A stretch of DNA of 64,000 nucleotides from Antechinus flavipes (Eukaryota). The stretch's first letter is position 1; each line of letters opens with the position of its first letter. A program made the position numbers and the translations under genes. The notes below the pieces were generated by a model. The model was not told the DNA's origin. It searched no databases and saw nothing but the letters and a program-made list of their open reading frames with translations. The stretch covers positions 97,402,001 through 97,466,000 of the forward strand of contig NC_067398.1 of assembly GCF_016432865.1 (NCBI RefSeq). Direction: 5' to 3'. This document shows positions 47,770-60,069 of this stretch, in pieces.

Positions 47770-48893
47770 CTCCCCAATTCCTGGCATTTTCTTCCTCCTC
47801 AAACCTGGGTTTATACATTTAAGAGGAAGAACTATCTTACTTTTCTTCTTTGTATTTCCAGCTCCTAGCATGATATTTGTCATACAACAGGGACTTCATT
47901 TATATACTTCTTGTAACAGATATGTGACTGTTAGAAGTGTATTGTTCATCTTTTTCTTCTCTAAAATATGAACTTATTTAGTTCATATCAGTCTCCATTT
48001 GCATATCAAGTACTCACATAGTCTTTTATCTATCCTAGGCACTTAATAAATGTTTGATGTGAAACAAATGAATTGGTAGTAAAGGGTACTGGTCAGGAAA
48101 CCAAGAAACAATGATGTATCCAAATGTACTGTGCTGTAGAATGACAATGGATTGATTAGAATCAAAATCCATTGTTCTACTACACTTATCAGTCTTATCC
48201 TTCAAGCTCAGGTGATTTTGTAGGTTATGAGCACTTATTCTACCAATGCATATCATTGAGGTAGTAGACTACTTTTAAGAGTTTCCCTGGGCAAAAAAAT
48301 TGTCTTGCAACTATGCTGGTGATGAGCCTTACTGATCTTAGCTAGGCTAGTTCTAGGACACTGGATATTCAGGACCTGTACATTGCTACCATGCTAAATA
48401 GCAAATACAGACAGGGCCCAATTAGTGAGAATAGTTGCTTTGTTTGAATTCATACTGCATATTCCACTGTACTAGGACCAATGACTATATTGTAGATAAT
48501 TAAAACTTCAAATAGTTCCAGTTCAAATAAATGTGACAGCTGCAGGAGATTTATTATTCACAATGGTGACTCAGTTGTATCATAACTGTCATACTGTCTT
48601 AGGGGAACCAACATTCGGCCTCAGGGGAATATTTGTAGCTTTTCAGTGTTGTACCTTATTCAGCACTCAAAGCCCAGAATATCAGATTATTTCCTCACTC
48701 AAAAACATCCTCAACAACTATTTATTAAGTTGTCTATTGTGTTTTTGCTAGGGCTTCCTGACAGGAGAACCAAACTCCGGTTTTATGATTCAAAAATAGC
48801 CCATTTATGAGAGTCCTGAGGAGAATACTCTGGGATACTGAACAAGTCTTGTTATGTGCTGAAAATGAGAATTTAAATTGTTAACCCCTATGT

Positions 48894-49110
48894 CAGGGGG
48901 TTTTCACCTGTAGTCTGTAAACTTCTTTGTTGTTGCTGTTGCTTTTTAAAAATAAGCTGATAACTGTATTACAACACAATTGGATTCCTTTGTAATCTAG
49001 TATATTTTCTTTCATGTATTTACATAAAAGTCTAAAAAGAGTTTCACCATAAAGGTCCACAGATTGTCAAGGGTCCATGAAACAAACAAATAAAAGCTTA
49101 AGAACTCTTG
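48894..49110 (-). mobile_element. Charlie4-like hAT relic with both TIRs
   Basis: cagggggttttcacctg...tgataactgtattacaacacaattggattcctttgtaatc...agggtccatg...gcttaagaactcttg. Confidence 0.75.
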
Positions 49111-49124
49111 TCTTAAGTGGCTAT

Positions 49125-49850
49125 CAGCTGGGAAAAAGCTGAAGAAATTATAGCATGTGAATGTAATGGAATGCTGCTGTGCTAAACACTATTGTGTAAG
49201 AAATAATCAAAATGGAGATTTCAGAGAAGTCTGTGAAGACATATTAACTAAGACATATGAAGTGAAGACCATGAGAATAACTTTATATTAAAAAGAAGAG
49301 TTTTATAAAAATAAACATCATTATAAAAATAGCAGAATTATGAAAACGAACAATTTTGAAAATTTAAGGACTGATGTTCAGTGACCAATCATGATTTCAT
49401 ATAACAAATAATAAAGCATGCTACTTATCTTCTTTTTTTTAACTGAACAATAACAATGTTTTAATTGTTTCTATTATTAAAACACAAGTAACATTGTAAA
49501 AAGTCTTACAAATAGTAAGAATATATCTAACATAACAAATAAAAAATGTATTTATTGGATACTTGTGTCCTTAAAATGTTTGTCAAATAAATTTTTGGAA
49601 TGGTATATCTTCCCTACTTTCTTAGGAGCCTGATGTTACTTACCTTCTGACCGAGAGGTGATGGATTCAGTGTGCAAAATGAGACAAATTTTTGGACATG
49701 GACAATATGTGAATTTATTTTACTCATCTATGAATATTTTACAAGGATTTAATTTTTCTTTTTTTCTGTTTTTTCCTTTTGTTTTCCTTCTGAGGAAGAT
49801 ATAGGGGGATAAATAATTATCAATTGAAAAACAATAACATTTAATTTAAA
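49125..49850 (+). mobile_element. Old marsupial L1 ORF2-end/3'UTR, split by a retrocopy
   Basis: gtgaatgtaatggaatgctgctgtgct...gatttcagagaagtctgtgaagac...gagaggtgatggattcagtgtgcaaaatgagacaaatttttggacatgg. Confidence 0.7.
49434..49632 (-). pseudogene. Probable retroposed mRNA 3'-end fragment (3'UTR retrocopy, parent unknown)
   Basis: Poly-T at the left end. ATTAAA on the minus strand (49460-65), 19 nt from the tail. 16-bp TSD atgctacttatcttct (49418-33) / atgttacttaccttct (49633-48). No resemblance to the TEs seen elsewhere in the window. Confidence 0.65.
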
Positions 49851-50667
49851 AAATTAATTCCTTTAAGGACTTAGGCCATATTTATAATTTTTTAAAATTT
49901 AGTACAATTGGAGTATATGGACCCTTTAATAAATAAATTCTCTATTTAATGCTATATAAGGAAGAAAAATGTGTTTCATATTTTTGTCATTGTGTGACAT
50001 TTTTAGTTTATAGATTTAATTGAAGAGATGTTAATCAAATACTCCAAAGAAATGGGCCTGAAATTAGTGTAAATTGTCAGTGAGTGGTCTTAATTCTCTG
50101 GTTTGCAGATGAAATCATAAGCATGGTTAACTGAGAGAGAAATTAAGATACTTTCCCCCCCTATTATTTATAACAAAATGAAATTATTAAATTTAAATAA
50201 GCAAATTATTAATTCCTGAATTGTGGAATTATTAAAATGTATTAATTATTTAAATAATTTGAAATGTATTAAATTTAAACCTAACAACCTATAATGGTAA
50301 AGTAGATTATGTTATGGAACAAATTTCAAAGAATGAACAATTAAATAAAGTTTATTGCCTCAGTCATAAGGGGACAATTTTCCACTTATCATTAAAGAAG
50401 AGGCACACATTGCTGTTTCTAATAGAGATCACTGGAAATAATTGATAATTTAAACATTGGTTGAAATTCCCAGTTCTCTTAATATGGGAGCTTCTAGAGA
50501 AAGAAGGGATCAATTAATCAATCCAACTCCTTCTTCATTTTAAACTGAGGCACAGAGAGAAGAAATGACTTGTCTAAGCTCACATAGATAAAAACCTACA
50601 TCTGAACGCAGTTCTTCATATTCCAAATGTAATACCCTTTCCATTATAGCATTTTTTTGTCCTTAGG

Positions 50668-50912
50668 TAGTAAGGTGACATAGTGCAGATCCAAAGTCAG
50701 GAAGAACTGAATCCAAATCAGCCTCAGATATAAGTTGTGTGATCTCAGAAAAGTCATGTTAATCCCTGCCTCAGTTTCCCCTTCTTAAGACAGATAATAA
50801 AAACAGCACTTATCTCTTATATTGTTGTAAGGGTCAAATGTGATTTTGTAAACCATTTAGCACAATATCTGGCATATAGTAGGTGCTTAATAAATGCTTG
50901 TTTCCTTCTTTC
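50668..50912 (+). mobile_element. MIR SINE with L2-type 3' end
   Basis: aagtcaggaagaactgaatcc...gcctcagtttccc...gcacaatatctggcatatagtaggtgcttaataaatgcttg. Confidence 0.8.
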
Positions 50913-51399
50913 TTTCCCTAGAATATTTTAAATGACCTCAAATGCAAGCTGCTTTAGTATTAGTGTTCCTCAGAGCCAGTTTCTAAAAGTGCTTACATTC
51001 CTGCCACGACAAGACTTTTAAGACAACATTTAAGCAGATTGCAACAAAATCCTAAAACAGAGCCTTAAAGTGTTCCCTTCACACATGTTCACACAATTCA
51101 GTTTTAAGTGGTATCTGTCTTCTCAAGGGTTTCAAGGTTTTCAGCCCTGATGACAAGGAACTTATGCCTTCAGCATAAACATCAGGAGTGACCTCAAAGG
51201 AGATAAAATGAAATGGCTGTAGTGAGATTCCTTAGAGCGATCATCAAATATTTGGCTTATGCTGCATATATCCATTTTTAAAGCTGTTTTTAAAAAGTAT
51301 TCTTTGCATTCAACAATTTTCAGTCCATTGGCTCAGACTTTTTAAGAATTAATAAACCTTTACAAATTTACTCTTGTCAACCTCTTTAATAGACCTGTC

Positions 51400-52100
51400 C
51401 TACTGCTCTCCTGTCCCCACCCCCTCAAAATAAAACAAACCCCAACCATAAATCAGGATCACTGAAATGAAATCCAGTTTCACATCACAGAGCAATGGTT
51501 TTATGAGTGAAACGTGTGCTTGCTAATTTCAAGAACAAATTATTTTGCTTTATTTAATGCTATTCAATTTACACACTTTTAGCTACAGGAAATTAAAAAA
51601 AAAATCCACCACCCAAAGATTAATTTGAATTCATTGTGATGTTTTCCCCCCTCCCTTTCCCAAACATCCCATGGCATGAAAGAAACTGACAACACACCAG
51701 GAAATCCCTTTTTATTTTCTCTTCTTTGAGTAAATACAGAAAATCAGTCACATTGTGAAGTTATTTCACTTAGATATCAATGATCTTTAATAGAGTTGCC
51801 TTATTAGCAGAATAACATTTCCGCCTGACAAGCCTGGAGTCAATATTTAACAGATTTAGGTCATATTTAGCAACAGGATTTTGGAAGAACCTGGCAAAAT
51901 TAAACTGTGGATGTGAACTAATAGAGGAGATTCAAAGATTACCAAATGAGCATTTTCATAAATATGCATTGCTCATAAATATTTGAAGCCAAGAATGAAA
52001 TGAGCTCCAATATCCTTTGACCATTGTCTAATTAATATGCTTTAGATGGGACAATCCCGAATAAATATTGGATCTTTCTTAAACCATTCTGTTTAAACCA
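51400..52100. promoter_or_regulatory. Putative enhancer block with PBX-HOX site
   Basis: CCATAAATCA (51446-55; reverse complement TGATTTATGG), TCATAAATAT twice (51957, 51973), CTAATTAAT and CATTGT near 52020-52037. It lies within about 1.5 kb of repeat-free DNA. Function is inferred. Confidence 0.35.
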
Positions 52101-52699
52101 AAACATACAACTAAGTTGTCTATTCCTAGGAAATCCTAAGAAAGAAATAAGACCAGAAAGCTCTTGCCTAGGTTCAGATTTGAAGATCAGAAATCCAAAC
52201 CTTCCTTTGAATCAATATTATACTGAAATGCTCACATGTATGGCCTGATAGCTGTGAAAAATAGCCCTTTGATTTCTTCCCCCATTGTACAATAGGAAAT
52301 GCAATACTTGAGAGAGGGAGGCCGAAAATATTTCTGATCACATTTTGTCTGAAGGGGCAAAGAGAGAACAAAGGCTATAAGAGGCAGACCTGTTGGACCA
52401 TGGTGTAATGCCATTTGAATAACATTGACTATATACCCTGTTGAGGAGGAAATGCAGTCAGTATCTTATAGGAGAAACAGGATAAATATCTGTTGAACTG
52501 AATTGGAATGTATGTCAATGAGGGATTGTTAAGATATCTCAAAAACTCAGGATCAGTATTAATGGTCACTTTACATGGGATAAAAAAAGGATAGCTATGT
52601 GAAGAATAATAGAAGCAAGTGAGTTGGGCATATTTAATATTTCAGAAGGAAAGATAATAAAAAGAAAAATATTGATCCATTTTTGACACTAACAAAAAC

Positions 52700-53300
52700 A
52701 TCTTACATAGGTACTATGTTTCAAATAAGATGTGATCCTTGTTTTAATGGAGTTTACAATGTAAAAGAAATGAGACATAAACTAAAAACTAGGATTCACA
52801 ATAATACTTATTAAGTTCAATAGAAAGGTACAAAATAAAATTTTATGCAAAGTGTGAGGGCAAAGTCATTTTCAACCATGGAAATCAGGCATGAAGGCTT
52901 CTTGGAAAAGGTGACATTTGAATTTGGATTTTAAAAGTGAGCAGAGATAATGTAGGTTAGGCAGAGGAGAGAAAATATTTTAGCATGAGCAGAGGTAGTG
53001 AATAGGATGGTGTAAGAACATAAAGAACACTGAAGAAGTTAATATGAAATACAGCTGGAAAGGTAGAGAGATACCAGACTGTGGAAGAACTTGAATGACA
53101 CACAGAGGATTTGGTTTTTTTAAATAAGTAATAGGTTTTTTTGATATGATATGGTCACATCTATCTATGTACCGAAAAGATTATTCTGATGGTGATATGA
53201 AGAATAACTTTGAGGCTAGAGTGGAGACCATTAAAAGATTGTTGTAATAGTGGAGGAGGAGTATAATTAAAACCTGATTAGCAAGATAATATGGTACTAA
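52700..53300 (-). mobile_element. L2 LINE (decayed)
   Basis: gaaggcttcttggaaaaggtgacatttgaatttgg...cagctggaaaggtagagagataccagactgtggaagaacttgaatg. Confidence 0.65.
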
Positions 53301-53614
53301 GTTCAAAAGATGCCTAGAGATGATATGGAATTAAATATCAGCTGAACAATGAAAATGTGTTGAACAAATAATAACATTGTACAAATTCTATTCAAGGCTT
53401 ATTTTCCAGAGATATCAGCTGTGTGTTGATCTTGCAAATCTCCATTTCCCATGTTTTCCATAAGTCTGAGAGTGATAGGTCTAGAAACAAGTTTACCATG
53501 TTATAGGTATTAGCATGGGTATTAACATACAATGTCACCTCTTTTGATGGTGCAGAATTTCAATAAAAAAGGGTGAAGGAGAGATTCTGAGAATGATAAA
53601 CATCTAGAATAGTT

Positions 53615-53825
53615 TGGAGGTGTCAAAAACATGAAGTGGGACACATGCAACTAGCAACCTTCCTGAGGATGGCCAGAATCAGCTTAAGATGTACTTGGAA
53701 AATATCTAATAACAGAAACAAAATATAATAAGGCACAGAAAATATTTTCTAAATCAATATGCCATCACAGAAATCCTTATGTATAGTTTCAGTGCTATTT
53801 TTTGTATCTGCATTGGATACCACTG
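53615..53825. mobile_element. Short hAT-like MITE
   Basis: Ends ggaggtgtcaaaaac / ggataccactg; same internal sequence as 44409-44579. Confidence 0.55.
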
Positions 53826-53833
53826 ATTTTGGC

Positions 53834-54060
53834 TAGGAGTTCTTAACCTTCTATCTGTCATGAACCCCTTTGGCAGTCTAATGAAGACAATAGGACACTC
53901 AGAATAATTTTAAAATAAATAAATACATAAAATATATAAACAAATATAAATGTATATATATTAAAATATATAAATATTTAAACTATATAAATAAATATAT
54001 AAATCAAAGAAAATGATTAAATTAAAATAATTATTAAAATATTTTTAAACAAGTTCATGG
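53834..54060 (+). mobile_element. Charlie4-like hAT relic with AT-rich expansion
   Basis: taggagttcttaaccttctatctgtcatgaacccctttggcagtctaatgaag...ctcagaataatttt...aaacaagttcatgg. Confidence 0.8.
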
Positions 54061-54126
54061 AGGAGGAGGAGGAGGAGCAGGGGGAGGAAGAAGAAGGAGA
54101 GGGAGGAGAGGGATGAGAGGAGAGGG

Positions 54127-54260
54127 NNNNNNNNNNNNNNNNNNNNNNNNNNNNNNNNNNNNNNNNNNNNNNNNNNNNNNNNNNNNNNNNNNNNNNNNNN
54201 NNNNNNNNNNNNNNNNNNNNNNNNNNNNNNNNNNNNNNNNNNNNNNNNNNNNNNNNNNNN
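54127..54260. other. Assembly gap (134 N) between a GA-rich and a CT-rich tract
   Basis: Run of N. Confidence 1.
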
Positions 54261-55234
54261 TTCTTTTCATCCTCCTCCCTCTTTTCCTCCTCCTTTTCCT
54301 TTTCCTCATTCTTTTCCCTCTCTATCTTTCACTGTTTCCATCTCTCTCCTTCTTCCTGTTTCTCTGTATGTCCTTCTCCATCCCCACCCCCCACCAAGAA
54401 TGAACCCCAGGAACAAATTAGAAAGATACCTGAGTTATCATATTGGTCCAAGCAGGTTGTAATTTTTTCCCCCAAATATAACTAAATGCAAAATTTTAGT
54501 GCAATCTCAGAAAGAGATTGTGAGGGAAATTATAAAGAAAACAGAGATGATAAAATAATAAAACATTTAAATTTGAAAGAAAAGAAATATAAAAAATAAA
54601 ATTTCACAGTGAATATTTTGACACTTTTCATTATTATTTTTTCAGCTATATCACTCCTTTCAAAAGGATTGCATTTTAGGACCATTAACTTATGTTTGGG
54701 GCTGCAGATCAGTGTGACACATTCTTATTTTGTGCATAAAATAGTGGAAATTGGACTCTCAGACAGTTGTTCTGGTACTTCTCATCCACACAACAGCATA
54801 AGCCACTAAATTAAAATCGGATCATTCTATATATGGTGTATGTGCATGGTGTATTCTAAGCTGAAGAACCCAATTTCCCAGCCACCTCTTGGAGCTTAGT
54901 CACTCTGTTCTCTTAGGAGTATATCTCTAGACTGGCCATTAAGTCCCAGGCTACTTCCCCACAGGAAATTAACCAGAAGCAACATTAAATTGTTGAAAGA
55001 TACCAAGGAATGCATGGAGGGATGTCAAGTCTTTTCAGGACAAACTATCTTAACATTTACCAGTGTCAGCTTTTCGGAAGGAAATTATCAGGAACATTTC
55101 TGCACAGTCCACAAAAAGGAACCAAACCATGCATGCAAAGGTCCCTCCCTTTTTGCTTCCTCTTGGTTTAGTCTCAACTAAGCATCCTTCTTTACAAACC
55201 CCTCTGGGCATTGCCTCCCTCACCAGGATGATGA

Positions 55235-55478
55235 TGGGTGATTACTGTTTGTGTAGTGCTTTGAAATTTGCAAAATGCTTCACAAATATTATTTCATGTA
55301 AGTCTCAGAGCAACTCTATGAAGGTTGCAATGTAGCTCAGTTTTAGACATGAAGAAACTGAGACTCAAGAAGGCTAAGGAACTTGCTAGTAGCTACCCAG
55401 CCAGTAAGAATCAAAGGTAGGATTTGAACCCTGGTCATCCTGACTGTAAGCCTAGCTTTTGATCCACTAGTGTATGCC
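55235..55478 (-). mobile_element. MIR SINE
   Basis: gtgctttgaaatttgcaaaatgcttcacaaatattatttc...catgaagaaactgagactc...ggatttgaaccctgg. Confidence 0.75.
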
Positions 55479-57384
55479 AAAATGTTGTGATGATTCGACT
55501 TCCTGGTTGATATTTGGCTGCTGTAGAACTAGAATCAGATTCACTAGGCTGTAGGACAAAGGCTCCTTTCACAATTCTAAAATTTACTAGCTGTGTGACC
55601 AAAAGTCACCTTCCTGAGCCTTTGCTGCTTTGATTCTCAGTTCCTCATCTATAAAAAAAAGATTTCTTTCAATAATTACCTCACAGAGTTTCATGTGCAA
55701 CCATCTTTTTTATTAATATGTTATAGGGATGCTTGTTTTGTTCCATAGATCAAAACCAAAATGAATAAATAAATAAATTTTAAAACTGCCATAGAAATAT
55801 AATTGACATGATTATTCCTATATATTATAAAGGATTATTCCCCTTTTGTAATATCATTGGTCTACTTAATAGGAGGTTATATGAACTACAACAAATGAAC
55901 ATATGCCTTATGAATAAAAAAGGGAGTTATAGAGCATGTTTTAATAAATATCATTGTTGTTAATAATATATTAAATGGATGCACAAGGGCCTGTGTATAG
56001 AAACAATCATAAAATTCCCCAAACCAAATGAAAATTAACTTTGAACCTTTTCATTCCCCCGTAGATCACATTCATACAACCAATTAAAAAGGCATGTCAT
56101 CTTGTTTGGAAAATATCTATTGATTTCCTAGTTCATCAGATCAGGTTGAAGTGTCTTTCAATGCTCCTATGACATCATCAATATTTTTCTATTTAGAATA
56201 ATGACTTATTTTATATGCCAAAAGCTATAAAAGGAACCCACCTACATATATTTCTACCGACATATGCTTAAGAGCCATCTGGATCTCCCTCCTTAACATA
56301 TGATATTGGTAATCCAACACAGAAGAAATGCTTTGGTCTTGTCATGAGACTCATTTATACAGCACAGTAAATTTGTTTCATTTACAAACCAACTACTAAA
56401 TCATATTTTCTCTATTAGAGGCTGATACTCTCTGCTGCATTTGATGGTCAAATTACATTCATTACTCTTTTACAGTATGGAATCCACATTTTAGAAACAA
56501 CCTACCTAGGCTCTTATTCCTTTCTCTCACACTTTTCTTTTGTATTTCATTGTCTAAGACAATCTCCTCTGTATCTCTATCTTGGAAATAGACTCCAATT
56601 AGAACATATAAATTCTGGTTGGTGCTGAACATGGATGACAGAGGATGGGAGTTTAAATCCTAGTCACTACCTCTGTGATCTGGGGGAAAATATTTTAAGT
56701 TCTCCAAGAGTCAGTTTCCTTACCTAAAAAATGAGGAAATTGGACTAGGTGACCTTTAAAGGCTCTTCCGACTGTACATCTATGATTTGATGACTCATAC
56801 ATTGAATGCTCAACTGGCATTAAGACATTAAGAAAAACAGAGAATTTGCCTTTCCCAACTATGAAATACCTATCACTATGACCTAAGAAACTAGGAAGGG
56901 ACTGAGGTGGTTTCCTTGAACAGACATTTTTCCCTCAGAGTCAAAAATATACATACTTATAGAGCCATCTCTAGGTAAAATTGGGCAACATTATCTTCAT
57001 TTTCCTTCACATCCTTTAAGCATCCTTAGAGTGCTCTGGGTTCACCCTCCATGATACCTTATTAAGACCTGCCCTGTCCAATGTGCTTTGGACCCTTCCA
57101 TGTCCTCCAATACCAACTCACATCTGCTAATTCTATGTCTTATTGTCTCGAATTCTAGACCTGTGAGTATGTTTAAAAGAGCTTGAAGACCCCTTTGAGA
57201 TCACATAGTCCAGCCATGACATTTTGCAGATGAAGAAACTGAGACCTAGAGATTTAAGTGATTTGCCCAAGAAGAAAACAGAAAATCGTGGAAGTTAATG
57301 CAGCTCTTCAGATTTCAAGCCCTGTGCTCAAGTAAATTCTTCTTGAAAGAAATTTTCATTAATTCTAATTAATCCTTGGACAGT

Positions 57385-57625
57385 CCCATGACACCTATGG
57401 AGCTGGAGTCAGGAAAACCTGAGCTCAAATCCAGCCTCAGACCCTTACCTGCTGCATGATCCTGATCCTGAGTAAGTCATTTGAATTCTTTCTCAATATC
57501 CTCATCTGTAAAATGAGGATAATAACAGCACCTACCTCCCAGAGTTGTTGTAGAAATACAAGGAGATAATAGTTATAAACTATTGCAAATTAACTTTGCA
57601 AACCTTAAAGTATGGAAACCAATTT
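57385..57625 (+). mobile_element. MIR-type SINE (donor of a 25-bp local copy)
   Basis: ggagctggagtcaggaaaacctgagctcaaatccagcctcagacccttacctgctgcatgatc...ctcatctgtaaaatgaggataataacagcacctacctcccagagttgttg. Confidence 0.8.
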
Positions 57626-57854
57626 TATTGAAACAGACTTATCAAAAATGCTTTTTTTTAAAGGTCATAGATTTATGTTAATTCTATATTAGTAGTATCT
57701 TGTGCTCTTTCTCTGAAATCACATAAGATTTTTGTTTGCATCTTCACTCTGCTACTTTGGTGTGTATGACTTTGGATAAGTCACTTCACTTGTTTAAGCC
57801 TCGGCTCAGTCCTCTGTAAAATTAGAGACTTGGCTGAAAGTACAGCTTCTCAGT

Positions 57855-58060
57855 CTTTCTTCTGTGTGTCATAGACTCCTTTGGCAGTCAGGCAAAGCCT
57901 GAGGATCCTCTCTAAAAATAGTATTTTAATAATGAACAGAAATGTGAAATTTCAGTTAGAGGTTAATGAAAATAATGATGTCATTTTCCACATTCACAGA
58001 CCCACCTGAAATTTGTCTTCATATTTCTTGAAAGGGGAAGGGAGTTAATAAATCCCAGGC
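57855..58060 (+). mobile_element. Charlie4-like hAT relic inside a MIR3
   Basis: gtgtcatagactcctttggcagtc...aaatttcagttagaggttaatgaaaataatgatg...ttcacagaccc. Confidence 0.7.
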
Positions 58061-58299
58061 TATCTACTTTTGGAATAGGTGATCTTCAAGGTCCCATCCA
58101 GCTCAAAAAGCTGAGAAAGCAGACATGGGAGTTGCTAGACACATATTCCTATGATAATGCTGAGATTTGCAAGCATTGTAATACTTGGGAGGATATTTGG
58201 ATAAGTTTTCTGATCCCCTGGGAAGAAGTTACTCACCCACCTATGGATAGAGTCAGCCAAACTTCACTAAAGTAAAATCTTGCTTTATTTTCTCATAAG

Positions 58300-58547
58300 G
58301 AGAGCTATGTGGTACAGTGGGATAGAGCATCAGGCTGGAAGTCAGAAAGACTCATTCTCATGAGTTCAAATCTGGTCTCAGATACTTATTGGCTGTTTGA
58401 TCCTGGCTAAGTCACTTAACCCTGTTTGCCTCAGTTTCCACATTTGTAAAATGAGCTGGAAAAGGAAATGGCAAACCACTCCACTGTCTTTGCCAAGAAA
58501 ACTCCAAAATGGGGTCATGAAGCATCAGTTACAACTGAGTGAATGAC
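58300..58547 (+). mobile_element. MAR1 SINE, full length (probable donor of the 60070-60237 copy)
   Basis: agctatgtggtacagtgggatagagcatcaggctggaagtcagaaagactc...gccaagaaaactccaaaatggggtcatgaag. Confidence 0.88.
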
Positions 58548-58599
58548 ATTCATTCTTAAAACTATAACTGTGGTTTTAATTTGAGCACTAGTCTTAGTT

Positions 58600-58960
58600 T
58601 GAGGAATGGAACAAACTATTAACAAGCCCTGGAAATATAGTAGATGAGTTATTAATCACAGCTCCCCAAGGGATTAGCTGGAATCTGGCAATGAGGGGGA
58701 TCTCCTCCAGGAGCTGGCAATTAAGTCGGTTTGATGACAGACCCGATGTACTTTTCCACAGATTCTCTCTTCCTTTTGCCAGTTTCTCCGCCCATTTTTT
58801 CCTCCTCTCTGCAGAACTCAGTAAAGCCACCAATTTTATACTTCCCCTGGAAAACAAGCCCAGGCTGGCCCTTTTCTTTTTTTGCTAATGAAGGTGGGCG
58901 AATGAACCTGAGGTCCTTCGACCTAGGAAAAAGCATCATAGACTGAACTTAATTTCTCAT
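58600..58960. promoter_or_regulatory. Putative enhancer block
   Basis: CCCAAGGG EBF-type site (58665-72) overlapping GGATTA (58671-76), CAATTAA (58718-24), TGATGACAG (58732-40); retained CpGs. Function is inferred. Confidence 0.4.
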
Positions 58961-59420
58961 ATCAGCCCTGTTTCTTCGCTGTTACAGCTGACCCAAATTA
59001 GGAGAGCTTCAAGTTCATAAACACCATCCATGACATCACTTGAATGGCCCATAAAAGTCACTTGCAGCTGAACTAATAGAAGAAAAAGACACAGACCTCG
59101 GCTCCCTCCAGGCTATGCCAAGGAAGCACAAGGACTACACAAAGACACATTCCACCTCTGCAGCATGTCTGGCCCTTGCTCTCTCCGTTCCATTCCCCGT
59201 GTTACCATCCTAGTACAAGCTTTCATTGCCACCCACTAAGATTACTGTAATCCACCACATGCCACCAAAATAATTCTTCTACTCCATTAGAATTTGTATT
59301 ATCTTATCTTATAACATTCTTCTGTGCTCAGAAACCTCTGGTGACTCCTTATCTACCCAGACAAGATCAGATTCCTCTGCCTCGATATTCAAGCCTTTCA
59401 CAACCTGGCACCATTATACC

Positions 59421-59640
59421 TAGGGGTGTGCTAGTAAAAATTTAACCACCAGCCTCTCAAGGGGGAATAAGTTGTAAATTTAATATACATTATTAGCATT
59501 CTCTTTAGTTTATGCAAGGAGCAAAATAATAAATCAAGACTTGATTTTTAGTGCCCACTGATTTCTAAAGTATAAACATTCACACTGAAATTTTGATAAT
59601 CTGTTCTATCCTGGTTAGAGCTAGCTCCAACACAGCCCTG
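59421..59640 (-). mobile_element. MER63-like hAT MITE with both termini
   Basis: taggggtgtgctagtaaaaatttaac...aataaatcaagacttgattt...gctccaacacagccctg. Confidence 0.75.
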
Positions 59641-60069
59641 ATTACTATCATTTCAGAATTGTCTCAAGTTACTTCCCTTCACAAACTCCATATGCCATTC
59701 AAATAGAACTTCTTTTTGTCCCTTAAATATCCACTATGTTCTACTGCCTCTTTTTTCTGATTCCCATTTAGAATACCTCCTACTTTCTTTTGGAGAGGGA
59801 AATGGCAAACCATTCCAATATCTTTGTTAAACACACACACATTCAGACCCTTACCTGCTGCATGATCTTAGGATCATGAAAAGTTGGACATGACTGAAAC
59901 ACTGAACAAGAATTCCTCCTTTTAGACTGATAAATTTTTAGTAATTTTATAAAGCCCATTTCAGCTATTACCTCTTCCATAAACCTTTCCCTAATATTTT
60001 CTGTCAGTAAGAGCCTTCCTCTCAAATTTCAAATATTATTTTGCACTTTATCTATGATCTTAGCACATG

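Noticed and set aside
58594-58946. Four overlapping ORFs of 65-87 aa
   Set aside because: No recognisable protein; better explained as GC-richer non-coding sequence.
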